DNA of 64,000 nucleotides from an uncultured bacterium (GTDB lineage Bacteria; Cyanobacteriota; Vampirovibrionia; Gastranaerophilales; Gastranaerophilaceae): NCBI GenBank assembly GCA_905215335.1, contig CAJMPQ010000001.1, positions 157,383 to 221,382 of the forward strand, read 5' to 3'. Shown piece by piece: positions 8,247 to 17,780 of this stretch (position 1 is its first letter; each line of letters starts with the position of its first letter). The notes under the pieces were generated by a model. It saw only the letters and a program-made list of their open reading frames with translations, ran no database searches and was not told where the DNA came from. The position numbers and the translations under genes were made by a program.

Positions 8247-10634
8247 ATGAAAATTCAAAATACATTTTACCCCAAAACAATAAATACATATTCTCAAAAT
8301 AATATAAAGAAAAATAATAATATTACCAATAAATATACAACACCCGTATACGTTAATAAATATGAGCCAAATACATTCCATCCAATAGCTTTTGGCGCAA
8401 TCTATAATGTTAAACCTAAAAAAATAAATATTGATATTGAAAAAAATAAACTTCTAAAACAAATTTCTGAAATGCTAAGTTCAGAAAATACAGCTTGTGA
8501 TGCGGAAGATTTTTTAACTAACTCACTAATGTCAGCACTAAATAGTTTTAGAGCTGCATTAAAAAAACAACAAATTATATTGGAAGAACTTGAAGCACTT
8601 TCTATTGCCAAAACAATGAATATGCAACAAAAAATAAACAAGTTAAACCAATTAAAAAAAGAATTAAATCTAACTAAAAAACAAGCCAAAGTAACTATTA
8701 ATAAAAAGCCTTCAGAAAAAAATGAGGAAAAAATAGATTTTCAGTTACTTAACAAATTTAAATCCGCAATATTAGAAGATAATTTCAATTTAAAAGATAT
8801 TTTAAAAAACCACTATAAAATTCTAAATAATATAACATCAACAGATTCATTAAAAAAAATGTTTCCTCATATAAAACTTCCAAAAAATCCGGTTGATGTA
8901 ATTGCTAAAAAAGTTGAAGCAATTCTTACAAGAAATTTCTATGAAACAATGGATGATTTATATGAGAATAAAAAAGAAGAAGAACTTTATAAATTAGTTG
9001 ATGATGTTGTTCAAGAAACAGCTTACTTTATTGGAGATAAATTCAAGCTTGAACCAAAAATAATTTATAATAAAATTGCAGCAACAACTCATGATACAAT
9101 TATAAAAAAATACGCAAAACTAAAGGTTGATACTGGATTTTCATATATCCCAGAACAAAGAAAAATTAAAGCACCACAAATTACAGAAAACGATGCTAAA
9201 CTATTACAAGTAGATTTTAATGAATTTGTATTATCTGTAATAAGAGATCAATATGTTAATTTTAAAAACTTAAATGAAATTAGTTATTCTGATGGTAAAA
9301 ACATTATCAATTTAAGTTCAATTAAAGACCCTGATTACAAATTTGAAAAATTCCCTGAAAAAATAAAACGTATTATTTCTACAGGGGAATCACTACATAA
9401 TGCCCAAAGAGATTATGACAACTTTGATACAAATGAACTAAAACAAAGATTAAATTTCTACGCGAATTCAGAACTAGGCAACAATGAAGCAATTCTTGAA
9501 CAAATCATTAATTTTGACACTTGTAACTTTGGAAAAGAAGACACTAAATATGCCATTAGATTTTTGCAAGAACTAGATTCTATTGCTGATAATAAAAAAA
9601 CTGTAGATGAAGTATTAAATACAATCGCCACAGAAGGTATAAAACCTAAAGAAACTGAAAAATTAAACGAATTAGAAAAACAAAAAGCAGCTGAAAAATT
9701 AAAAGCTGAACAGAAAAAATCTTTTGAACTAAAAACCCTAAAAAACAATTTTGATAATGCAATCAATATTTTATACAATAACAACTTAAATAATATTGCA
9801 AATACTTGTTCTAAATACCGTCCGGAAAACCTTTCTGAGCAGAATGTAGAAAAAGCAAATTATATTATCAAAACAATTTTAGAAAATGTAAATCCTAATA
9901 ACGAACAACTAAATAAAGCGAAATTAGAAGCAAACATTACAAGATGGGATACTTATAATTATTATCAAAAAAATGATAAAACTAACCCTGTTTTCAAACT
10001 TGCTCAACAATACGCTAAAGACGAAAACGGCTCAATTGATATTAATAAAGCTGGTAAATATATTATCAATAGCGAACTTGTTGAAAATTATCCCGCGAGT
10101 GTAGAATTCACAAGATACCCTGAAGTTCTAACAAAAATAATGGAAAGAATTAGCTACGACAAAGAAGAAGCTGTAAAATATTTATGCAAATTTGATGAAT
10201 ACACAGATTTAAGCTCTTCTGAAAAAACATACCTTGCTAATTTTATCGATAAATTTGATTTAAAAGATCATATTGATAAAACTATTTTAAAATATATTAT
10301 TGAAAATGATTATATTAAAAATGATACACTTGTACAAACAAATATCAATAGCAAAAGTGAAGAAAGTTTTACTTCCGCAATTACATCTAGCGCAAAAGAA
10401 GCTATTCTAAGTAAGTATAAATATCCAATTTGCATGGAATATTTAAAAGGTTTTGAAGATGCTCTTTCTTCATTAGCATCTGCTGTTGGTTCTTCTGGTA
10501 TCAAACAAATGGGAAGAAACAACAAAGCTCTTGAATACAAAATGGAACTTAAACTAAAAAATCATGATGATAGATTATTCTCTAGCAAAAATGATTATTA
10601 CTTTGATATCTTCTCCGACAAAGGTCTTCATTAA
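8247..10634 (+). CDS. Large hypothetical protein (795 aa), N/K-rich, with the N-terminal leader-like motif
   Basis: Long uninterrupted ORF with ATG start and a hairpin terminator right after the stop. No family is recognised apart from a weak HigB/RelE-like pattern in the last 50 aa or so (see findings). Confidence 0.8.
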   Translation: MKIQNTFYPKTINTYSQNNIKKNNNITNKYTTPVYVNKYEPNTFHPIAFGAIYNVKPKKINIDIEKNKLLKQISEMLSSENTACDAEDFLTNSLMSALNSFRAALKKQQIILEELEALSIAKTMNMQQKINKLNQLKKELNLTKKQAKVTINKKPSEKNEEKIDFQLLNKFKSAILEDNFNLKDILKNHYKILNNITSTDSLKKMFPHIKLPKNPVDVIAKKVEAILTRNFYETMDDLYENKKEEELYKLVDDVVQETAYFIGDKFKLEPKIIYNKIAATTHDTIIKKYAKLKVDTGFSYIPEQRKIKAPQITENDAKLLQVDFNEFVLSVIRDQYVNFKNLNEISYSDGKNIINLSSIKDPDYKFEKFPEKIKRIISTGESLHNAQRDYDNFDTNELKQRLNFYANSELGNNEAILEQIINFDTCNFGKEDTKYAIRFLQELDSIADNKKTVDEVLNTIATEGIKPKETEKLNELEKQKAAEKLKAEQKKSFELKTLKNNFDNAINILYNNNLNNIANTCSKYRPENLSEQNVEKANYIIKTILENVNPNNEQLNKAKLEANITRWDTYNYYQKNDKTNPVFKLAQQYAKDENGSIDINKAGKYIINSELVENYPASVEFTRYPEVLTKIMERISYDKEEAVKYLCKFDEYTDLSSSEKTYLANFIDKFDLKDHIDKTILKYIIENDYIKNDTLVQTNINSKSEESFTSAITSSAKEAILSKYKYPICMEYLKGFEDALSSLASAVGSSGIKQMGRNNKALEYKMELKLKNHDDRLFSSKNDYYFDIFSDKGLH

Positions 10635-10640
10635 TTAATA

Positions 10641-10673
10641 AAAAAAGATGTGAGTAATATCACATCTTTTTTT
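10641..10673. terminator. Bidirectional rho-independent terminator
   Basis: AAAAAAGATGTGA-gtaata-TCACATCTTTTTTT: a 7-bp GC-containing stem extended by an A-run/T-run. It sits between convergent genes ending at 10634 (+) and 10675 (-). Confidence 0.8.
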
Positions 10674-10674
10674 A

Positions 10675-11094
10675 TTAAACAGCTTTTTCCTGCGAATTTA
10701 CAATATTATTCATTGGATTCCAACTATCTTTTAAATTATTTTTTATCAGATTTTGATAAAAACTTTCTTTATAATTTAATAACTCTAATTGTTTAGTTAA
10801 TTCTTTCATTTGATTTTCAGCTTTTTCTTTTGTTTCTTGAATAATTTTATAACGTTCTGAAATAGTAGAATCTCCTATTACGCACAAATCAATATAGCGT
10901 TTTATAGATTTATTATCAGTTCCAACAGAGCGTAAACATTTAACAATTTTTACCCAATCTAAATCACTTTCAGAAAACAATCTTATATTATTTTCGTTCC
11001 TCTTTATAAATGGGAAAAATCCACTTTTAGCCCAAAATCTTAAAGTGTGTTCTGAAACATCCATCTTATCTGCAACTTCTTTGATTGTATACAA
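10675..11094 (-). CDS. MerR-family transcriptional regulator
   Basis: YTIKEVADKMDVSEHTLRFWAKSGFFPFIKRNENNIRLFSESDLDWVKIVKCLRSVG is a MerR HTH, followed by a coiled coil. The likely start is TTG 11094, with GGAGG 8 nt upstream. The track start at 11109 is an upstream TTG that overlaps this SD. Confidence 0.85.
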   Translation of the reverse strand: MYTIKEVADKMDVSEHTLRFWAKSGFFPFIKRNENNIRLFSESDLDWVKIVKCLRSVGTDNKSIKRYIDLCVIGDSTISERYKIIQETKEKAENQMKELTKQLELLNYKESFYQNLIKNNLKDSWNPMNNIVNSQEKAV

Positions 11095-11117
11095 AATCCT
11101 AACCTCCAATATTTAGT

Positions 11118-11152
11118 TTAACAGGCTTGAGAGTTTATCTCAAGCCTGTTAA
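11118..11152. terminator. Strong 15-bp stem-loop between dxs and the MerR gene (terminator-like, no clear U tract)
   Basis: TTAACAGGCTTGAGA-gttta-TCTCAAGCCTGTTAA, a perfect inverted repeat directly downstream of the dxs stop (11169). Confidence 0.5.
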
Positions 11153-11168
11153 CTATAAAATATAGATA

Positions 11169-12920
11169 TTATAAACATTTTGAAATATCATCAACAATTA
11201 GTTCTTTAGTTAAATGATATTTTGCATATAATTCTTCGATTGAAACTCTATCAGTAAATTCTTTTTTACCTCCAAAGTTTAAGACTTTCATATCAGAATT
11301 TCCATAATATCTTGCTACTTTTTCACCAAAGCCGCCATCCAATTGACCATCTTCCAATGTAATTACAAGCTTATGATTTTGCTTCAAATCTTGTAAAAGT
11401 TCTTCATCAATACCAGAGGCAAATTTTGGATTAATAACAGTTGCATCAAAGCCAAATTTCTTTTTCAATTCTTCCTTAACTTCAAAAGCAAGTCCCAAGA
11501 AATTACCCAAACCTAAAATTGCAACCTTTTCACCTTGAGCTTCTACTTTAAATTTGTTCAAAATAGAATAATCCGTTTTATCTTCAACACCTGTAGAAAC
11601 CCAAACATTAGGAACTCTTATTGCAACAGGGTGTTTTGTTTGTTTTAGAGAATATTCAAGCATTGCAAGATATTCTTCTTTTGTTGCAGGTGATAAATAA
11701 ACCATATTTGGAATATTAGAAATTAATGGAATATCAAAAGAGCAAAGATGAGTGGCATCAGCTGATGATAGACCTCCCCAATAAACAAGCATTGTTATTG
11801 GAGAATTATTTAAAGCTAAGTCTTGAGACATTTGATCATAAGTTCTTTGAATGAAAGAACTCATTACACAAAAGACTGGTTTTGCACCACAAGTTGCTAA
11901 TGCAGAAGAATACGCTACAGCGTGCTCTTCAGCAATACCAACATCTGTATATTGTTCACCTAATTCTGTTCTATAATCTTTCGTAAAACCAAATACTCCA
12001 GGAGTTCCAGCATTGATTGCTATTACAGTCTTATCTTCTTTTGCTTTTTTCAAAATGAAATCTTTAGTTATAGAATTATAATCTTCAACTTCAGAGTTTG
12101 CTGGAGATTTACCAAAATCATCTAATGCTCCTGGCATAATCCAGTGGAAAAACTCTTTATTTTTTTCAGCAACTTCAAGTCCACAACCCTTTAATGTGTG
12201 GATATGAACAACAACCGGATGATCAATATCTTTCACTTTTTTAAATGTTTCAATAAGTTTTTCAACATTATTACCTTCTTCAAGGTAGTAATAATCAAAA
12301 CCTAAAGTCTTAAAGAAATTAGATTCAGCTTGACCATTTGTTTTTCTCAACAATTTTAAATTTTCATACAAGCCACCATAGTTTTCCGCAATAGACATAT
12401 CATTATCATTCACGACAATAATAATATTACTTTTCAATGTTGCAGCATTATCCAATCCTTCTAAAGCTTCGCCACCACTCAAAGAACCATCACCAATTAA
12501 AGCTATAACATTACCTTTTTCACCTTTTAAATCTCTAGCTTTAGCAACACCTGTTGCTAAACTTACAGAAGTTGAGGTATGACCAACTTTAAACAAATCA
12601 TGTTCACTTTCTTCTGGAGCTGTATAACCTGTGTATTTTAAATATTTATCAGGATCAGTAAAACCTTCTTTTCTACCAGTTAAAATTTTATGAGGATAAC
12701 ACTGGTGAGAAACATCATAAACAATTTTATCTACCGGAGAATTAAATACATAATGTAGTGCGATTGTAGCCTCAACAATTCCTAAATTAGGAGCCATATG
12801 GCCGCCAATTGTATTAACTTTTTTAATAATTAACTCTCTCATCTCTCCTGCAAGTGTCTTCATTTCATCAATAGATAAACTTTTTAAATCAACAGGGGTA
12901 TTAACTTTATCTAAAATCAT
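11169..12920 (-). CDS. dxs: 1-deoxy-D-xylulose-5-phosphate synthase
   Basis: MILDKVNTPVDLKSLSIDEMKTLAGEMRELIIKKV..GGHMAPNLGIVEATIALHYVFNSPVDKIVYDVSHQCYPHKILTGR and the ThDP motif GDGSLSGGEALEGLDNA...NDN. I placed the start at ATG 12920; the upstream 30 codons in the track carry no homology pattern. Confidence 0.9.
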   Translation of the reverse strand: MILDKVNTPVDLKSLSIDEMKTLAGEMRELIIKKVNTIGGHMAPNLGIVEATIALHYVFNSPVDKIVYDVSHQCYPHKILTGRKEGFTDPDKYLKYTGYTAPEESEHDLFKVGHTSTSVSLATGVAKARDLKGEKGNVIALIGDGSLSGGEALEGLDNAATLKSNIIIVVNDNDMSIAENYGGLYENLKLLRKTNGQAESNFFKTLGFDYYYLEEGNNVEKLIETFKKVKDIDHPVVVHIHTLKGCGLEVAEKNKEFFHWIMPGALDDFGKSPANSEVEDYNSITKDFILKKAKEDKTVIAINAGTPGVFGFTKDYRTELGEQYTDVGIAEEHAVAYSSALATCGAKPVFCVMSSFIQRTYDQMSQDLALNNSPITMLVYWGGLSSADATHLCSFDIPLISNIPNMVYLSPATKEEYLAMLEYSLKQTKHPVAIRVPNVWVSTGVEDKTDYSILNKFKVEAQGEKVAILGLGNFLGLAFEVKEELKKKFGFDATVINPKFASGIDEELLQDLKQNHKLVITLEDGQLDGGFGEKVARYYGNSDMKVLNFGGKKEFTDRVSIEELYAKYHLTKELIVDDISKCL

Positions 12921-13055
12921 ATTTATCCTTTCTTTTTCATAACCAAACTTACTATTATATATTACAACCTGATAGTAACTATCAGTCAAGAGGAAAATAA
13001 ATCTTGACATTTTAGCATATTGGTACTACTATGCCAATATATAAGTGAGGTAATT

Positions 13056-13454
13056 ATGATTCAACTATCTGAAGCTACTGCAATAGCCATACACGCAATG
13101 ATATATATGGCAAATAGAAATAGTGACAATCCACATTCTTTAAAAGAAATCGCAACAACTTTTATGATTTCAGAAAACCATTTATCCAAAGTTTTACAAA
13201 AACTTGTTAAAGCTGGATATTTAGTATCAATAAAAGGACCAAAAGGTGGCTTTAAAATTTGTAAAGAAAAAAATAACGCAACATTAATGGAAATTTATGA
13301 AGCAATAGAAGGCAAATATACTCCCAAAAATTGCCTATTTGCAGCTAAACATTTAACATCTTGTTGCTGCATAATGAAACCATTGATCTCTTCAATCAAT
13401 AATACCTTTGAAGATTTTATGAATAATAACAGAATAAACGATTTAAAATTATAG
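13056..13454 (+). CDS. Rrf2-family transcriptional regulator (Cys-containing, NsrR/IscR-like)
   Basis: MIQLSEATAIAIHAMIYMANR...SLKEIATTFMISENHLSKVLQKLVKAGYLVSIKGPKGGF plus a C-terminal Cys cluster (CLFAAKHLTSCCC). ATG 13056 has GAGG upstream. The gene lies directly upstream of hcp. Confidence 0.85.
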   Translation: MIQLSEATAIAIHAMIYMANRNSDNPHSLKEIATTFMISENHLSKVLQKLVKAGYLVSIKGPKGGFKICKEKNNATLMEIYEAIEGKYTPKNCLFAAKHLTSCCCIMKPLISSINNTFEDFMNNNRINDLKL

Positions 13455-13464
13455 GAGAAAACTA

Positions 13465-14997
13465 ATGTCAATGTTTTGTTTTCAATGTGAACAAACCGCA
13501 ATGGGTAAATGTTGTTCACAAGTCGGAGTTTGCGGTAAATCTGCAGATACAGCTAATTTACAAGATGATTTAACAAGTTCACTAATTGAACTTGCAAATT
13601 GTTCAGAACAGAATGAAGAAAATACAGATTTATTAATTGATGGATTATTTACTACTATTACTAATGTAAATTTTGATAATAAATCCATTCAAGATTTTAT
13701 AGAAAAAGTAAAAAGTAAAATAACATGTAATACCTCATTTGATATCAATACTGTTTGGAATACAGATGAAGATACAAGGAGTTTAAAGTCTTTAGTTTTA
13801 TTTGGGTTAAAAGGTATCGCTGCATACGCATATCATGCCCAAGTTCTCGGCTATAAAGACAAAGAAGTAGATAACTTTTTCTACGAAGCACTACAAAAAA
13901 TTTCTAAAGAATTACCACAAGATAAATTACTTGAACTAGTTTTAAAAACAGGAGAAATAAACCTAAAATGCATGGAATTACTAGACAAAGCAAATACAGA
14001 GACTTATGGTAATCCAATTCCTACAAAAGTAAGTACAAATATTGAAGCAGGTCCATTCATTGTTGTAACAGGTCATGATTTACACGATTTATCTTTACTA
14101 TTAGAACAAACAAAAGATAAAGGTATCAATATTTATACACACGGTGAAATGCTACCTTGTCATGCTTATTTAGAGCTAAAAAAATATCCTCATTTAAAAG
14201 GCAATTTTGGTACAGCTTGGCAAAATCAACAAAAGGAATTTGCAAACATTCCTGCGCCAATCTTATTTACTACAAATTGCATTATGCCGGTAAAAGAAAG
14301 CTATGCAGACCGAGTATTTACAACATCTTTAGTTCAATATCCTAATATGATACATATAGGAGAAGACAAAGATTTCACACCAGTTATAAATAAAGCTTTA
14401 GAACTTGGTGGATACAAGGAAACACACAAAATGACAGGTATCAATGGTGGCGATGAATTAACAGTCGGCTTCGGACACCACACAGTATTATCTGTTGCTG
14501 ATAAAGTAATAGAAGCAGTAAAAAATGGAGATTTAAAACATATTTTCCTAGTAGGCGGTTGTGATGGCGCAAAACCAGGAAGAAACTATTACACAGAATT
14601 TGTAAAACAAACCCCAAAAGATACATTAGTTTTAACTCTTGCTTGCGGGAAATATAGATTTAATGATCTCCAACTTGGTGAAATAAACGGAATTCCTAGA
14701 TTATTAGATATGGGTCAATGTAACGATGCTTATTCAGCTATAAAAGTTGCAGTTGAATTATCTAAAGCTTTTAATTGCACGGTAAATGAATTACCATTAT
14801 CTTTAGTACTTTCTTGGTATGAACAAAAAGCAGTATGTATATTATTAACCCTTTTATATCTAGGAATTGAAAATATCAGATTAGGACCATCCCTACCTGC
14901 ATTTGTATCTCCCAATGTTCTAAATATTTTGATAGACAAATTTAAAATTAAATCAATAACAACTCCAGAAAATGATTTAAAAGAGATTTTAAAATAA
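13465..14997 (+). CDS. hcp: Hybrid-cluster protein / hydroxylamine reductase
   Basis: 510 aa. N-terminal MFCFQCEQTA...GVCGK Cys motif, and GHDL...GCDG...ACGKYR...GQCNDAYS further along. AGGAG SD. Confidence 0.9.
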   Translation: MSMFCFQCEQTAMGKCCSQVGVCGKSADTANLQDDLTSSLIELANCSEQNEENTDLLIDGLFTTITNVNFDNKSIQDFIEKVKSKITCNTSFDINTVWNTDEDTRSLKSLVLFGLKGIAAYAYHAQVLGYKDKEVDNFFYEALQKISKELPQDKLLELVLKTGEINLKCMELLDKANTETYGNPIPTKVSTNIEAGPFIVVTGHDLHDLSLLLEQTKDKGINIYTHGEMLPCHAYLELKKYPHLKGNFGTAWQNQQKEFANIPAPILFTTNCIMPVKESYADRVFTTSLVQYPNMIHIGEDKDFTPVINKALELGGYKETHKMTGINGGDELTVGFGHHTVLSVADKVIEAVKNGDLKHIFLVGGCDGAKPGRNYYTEFVKQTPKDTLVLTLACGKYRFNDLQLGEINGIPRLLDMGQCNDAYSAIKVAVELSKAFNCTVNELPLSLVLSWYEQKAVCILLTLLYLGIENIRLGPSLPAFVSPNVLNILIDKFKIKSITTPENDLKEILK

Positions 14998-15299
14998 TGA
15001 AAATAAACTTATACGAAATAGAATATACAGACGAAATAAATAAAAAAAACGTATTTGATAACGAGCAGAGTTCACTAACTCTGCTCGCATTCAAAGCTGG
15101 AAAAGAAAGAGCAATACATATTGATGAAAAAGATGAAGTAGCTCAAATTATAGAAGGTTGTGCTGAAATAACAATAGGCAAAGATAAATTTATTTTAAAT
15201 CAAGGAGAAATGATTGTGATGCCTGCAAAGACCCCTCATGGTTTGAGAGCGATTTCAAATACTAAAATGTTACTGCTTCGACCAAAACATACTCATTAA
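14997..15299 (+). CDS. Cupin-domain protein
   Basis: 100 aa. GEMIVMPAKTPHGLRA is a cupin_2 motif. The ATG overlaps the hcp stop (TAATG). Confidence 0.7.
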   Translation: MKINLYEIEYTDEINKKNVFDNEQSSLTLLAFKAGKERAIHIDEKDEVAQIIEGCAEITIGKDKFILNQGEMIVMPAKTPHGLRAISNTKMLLLRPKHTH

Positions 15300-15403
15300 T
15301 AGTAATTATAAAATTATTAAACATACCCAAATAAAAATTAGACTTTTTGGTAATGAAACTAAACTAATAAATTTATACAATTATTACTAAGAAGGAGATT
15401 GTT

Positions 15404-15748
15404 ATGCTTATACTAATTTTAAAATGGGTTGCTTTTGCATTAATAATTACATTTATTGGTTGGTTAGTTCCAGGCATATCCGTCGAAAACTTTATCGCTG
15501 CAATGATTGTAACTGTAGTTATTGCTCTAATTAATGCCTTTATTAAACCAATTATAATGTTTTTAACTCTACCAATTAATATTCTAACTCTTGGTATTCT
15601 AACTTTAGTAATAAATGCATTTCTATTTATGTTTGCAGCATACCTAGTTCCGGGAATCGAAGTAGATGGATTCTTAAACGCTTTACTTGGTTCTATACTT
15701 CTTTCAATATTCTCGGTGGGACTGTCATATTTGCCAAATGATCGATAA
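15404..15748 (+). CDS. Small integral membrane protein, phage-holin-family-4/DUF360 (YvlD-like)
   Basis: 114 aa with four hydrophobic segments. The pattern ...GWLVPGI.V..F..A...ALINAFIKPI...LTLP...LTLG...INA...A.LVPG..V.GF... matches this family. AAGGAG SD. Confidence 0.65.
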   Translation: MLILILKWVAFALIITFIGWLVPGISVENFIAAMIVTVVIALINAFIKPIIMFLTLPINILTLGILTLVINAFLFMFAAYLVPGIEVDGFLNALLGSILLSIFSVGLSYLPNDR

Positions 15749-15781
15749 ATAACACTTTACTCTTTCATTGTCTTTTCCTTT

Positions 15782-15811
15782 AGAACTCAGAATTATAAAA
15801 TTCTGAGTTCT
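15782..15811 (+). terminator. Stem-loop terminator candidate after the membrane-protein gene
   Basis: AGAACTCAGAATT-ataa-AATTCTGAGTTCT: a perfect 13-bp stem. The downstream U tract is weak. Confidence 0.55.
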
Positions 15812-15876
15812 ATATATTAATTAAGATTTATTAATAATTAAGCAAAAAATAAAATTCATTCGTTTTATCTTGAACA

Positions 15877-16791
15877 ATGAATAACATTTCAAGAAAAAAT
15901 CAATCAACGTATACCCCTAGTTTCCAAGCTTATTATAAAAGCCCATTTAGCAAACACTTAGAACAAGTTTTACAAACTAGAAATGGTGAACAAGAACTTA
16001 GTAATCATTTTCAAAAAATTTTCAAAGCTAAAAAACAAGCTTCAAATAAACTTGGAGAAGGTGCTAATGGAATAGTTTACAGAATAGATGATTATTATGT
16101 TTTCAAAGTCTATAAAAATATAAATCCAAATAGTTTTAATTTTAACTTTAAATACTCACAAGAAAACATCTTTGGTACATTGAAAAAATATTATGGAAAA
16201 GTTATAGCAAAATTTGGACAAATAGAAGTTATCAAAAATGTTACTCATAATAAACATAAATTTGTAGAATTAGCAAACCCAGCAACAAATGGAATAAAAA
16301 AATATAACGAAGTTCTAAAAGAATTTGTAACTCTTCCTCAAAAAGCGTTTGATAATTTAGCAAAAGACTTTGTTGAACTAAACAAAATACATAAATCAAG
16401 CTTATTCTATAAATTTGATACAAATAACCCAAATAATTTTATCAAAGTTGGAAACTCAATAAGAATAGTTGATGATATAGATTGGGTACCATCAAAAGAA
16501 CCAAATGATATTTATAGTTTTATGCGCATCTTCATCAAAGAAGACGGGGATGCGAACTTAAAAAAACAAATCCTCAAAAAATGTATTCTTGCATGTGAAA
16601 AAAACAAAATCCCGATCAATGATACCTACGATTATTTATCTAACTTTATGGATGATCTTTTCAAAAATGCAGGAATAAAAATTTCATTTGAAGATTATTA
16701 TATTGAGATGCAAAACCTAAGAAATACATGTAAAAACGATAATATAAGAATGCAAAAAGTTAAAGAATATATTGACAAAACAATCAAATAG
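15877..16791 (+). CDS. Protein-kinase-like (minimal ePK/APH-like fold) protein with the N-terminal leader-like motif
   Basis: 304 aa. Gly-loop LGEGANGIVY, candidate catalytic Lys in YVFKVYK, catalytic-loop-like FDTNNPNNFI (D-x4-N), and DFG-equivalent IRIVDDID. Confidence 0.5.
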   Translation: MNNISRKNQSTYTPSFQAYYKSPFSKHLEQVLQTRNGEQELSNHFQKIFKAKKQASNKLGEGANGIVYRIDDYYVFKVYKNINPNSFNFNFKYSQENIFGTLKKYYGKVIAKFGQIEVIKNVTHNKHKFVELANPATNGIKKYNEVLKEFVTLPQKAFDNLAKDFVELNKIHKSSLFYKFDTNNPNNFIKVGNSIRIVDDIDWVPSKEPNDIYSFMRIFIKEDGDANLKKQILKKCILACEKNKIPINDTYDYLSNFMDDLFKNAGIKISFEDYYIEMQNLRNTCKNDNIRMQKVKEYIDKTIK

Positions 16792-16804
16792 AAAGAAAAA
16801 AAGA

Positions 16805-17377
16805 ATGAAAATTATAAATTTTACAGGAACATATCTTGCTACAACAAAAATAAATAAAAAAACTCAAAAGAATAAATTTATTCCACACGAAGCTTCTGTT
16901 GTCCAAATGCATCCGTCAAGCAAAAATGACATCTTAACCCTAAAATCTACAACAGAATCTTGGGATGAAAACTCTAATATATTATCCTTCTCTGATATAA
17001 TTTATGAAGATGCAAAAAATATACATGATGAAGAAATTGATACCGGAATTCATAAATTCTATGCCATAACAAATCAAAAAAGAAACTTTACAAAACTTCT
17101 CCCTGATGAAATACTAGCTCTAACCGAAATTACAAGTTTCCCAGATTCAAGGAAAGTTAATATTGATGTTCTAGAAGTTAACCCAGAGCATAACCATTGG
17201 TCTCAAGACAGAACATATAAAAATATTGGAAGCGCATTATTAAATGCAATAAAAGAAATTTTTGAAGGCAAAGAAATAACTGTACGCTCTGTACCATCAG
17301 CATTAAATTTTTATAAAAAAAACGGGTTTCATCAAATTTACCAAAATTCACATGACTTACATTACATAAAATTATAA
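16805..17377 (+). CDS. GNAT-like acetyltransferase-domain protein with the N-terminal leader-like motif
   Basis: 190 aa from ATG 16805; the track start at 16772 is a TTG overlapping the previous gene. VLEVNPEH...YKNIGSALLNAIKE...ALNFYKKNGF fits GNAT motif A and the C-terminal FY-K-GF pattern. Confidence 0.45.
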   Translation: MKIINFTGTYLATTKINKKTQKNKFIPHEASVVQMHPSSKNDILTLKSTTESWDENSNILSFSDIIYEDAKNIHDEEIDTGIHKFYAITNQKRNFTKLLPDEILALTEITSFPDSRKVNIDVLEVNPEHNHWSQDRTYKNIGSALLNAIKEIFEGKEITVRSVPSALNFYKKNGFHQIYQNSHDLHYIKL

Positions 17378-17384
17378 GGACAAA

Positions 17385-17732
17385 ATGATGACAAATATAA
17401 ATTTCACAGGACACATTTCACCAAACTTATGTAAAAGATTAGGAATCTCTGAAAATACAAAAATACCTGGAGCGACTAATCTATTATTAACTGATATTCG
17501 CAAAGAATCTGTCTATAACAGATATAAATACGGAATATTCCACAAACCGACATCTTTTAGAGATTATATGGAACCAAAAACATTTGCTATATTTCATAAT
17601 AAAAATAATCCTGAAAAAACTGCAACTGTAGAAATTGGCAAAGACTTAAATATAGAAACCCCTTCAATCTTAAATAACATCACTGAAGACATAATAACAA
17701 CTGCAGCAAAATTACTCGACTTAAGTATTTAA
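17385..17732 (+). CDS. Hypothetical protein (115 aa) with N-terminal MMTNINFTG motif
   Basis: ATG with AAGGA upstream, 7 nt after the previous stop (operonic). No family recognised. Confidence 0.6.
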   Translation: MMTNINFTGHISPNLCKRLGISENTKIPGATNLLLTDIRKESVYNRYKYGIFHKPTSFRDYMEPKTFAIFHNKNNPEKTATVEIGKDLNIETPSILNNITEDIITTAAKLLDLSI

Positions 17733-17780
17733 AAATCAAAGAGTTTTAGTTATACTCATAAAAAAATACAGGGTACTAAA

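Noticed and set aside
12921-13010. 30-codon N-terminal extension of dxs proposed by the ORF track, and analogous extensions at 11095-11109, 13020-13055, 16772-16804, 20128-20142, 29086-29133, 37156-37161, 50972-50986, 52186-52251, 52854-52877, 57785-57832 and 59024-29
   Set aside because: The extensions have no homology pattern, often start at TTG or GTG, overlap upstream genes, terminators or the gene's own SD, and a downstream ATG with a proper SD exists.
13056-15299. Rrf2-hcp-cupin module as a novel system
   Set aside because: An Rrf2/NsrR-type regulator next to the hybrid-cluster protein is a well-known nitrosative-stress arrangement, so this is an ordinary feature.
15404-15748. Holin-family-4 membrane protein as evidence of a prophage or lysis cassette
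   Set aside because: There is no endolysin, spanin or other phage gene nearby. This DUF360/YvlD-type family is widespread as a stand-alone chromosomal gene.
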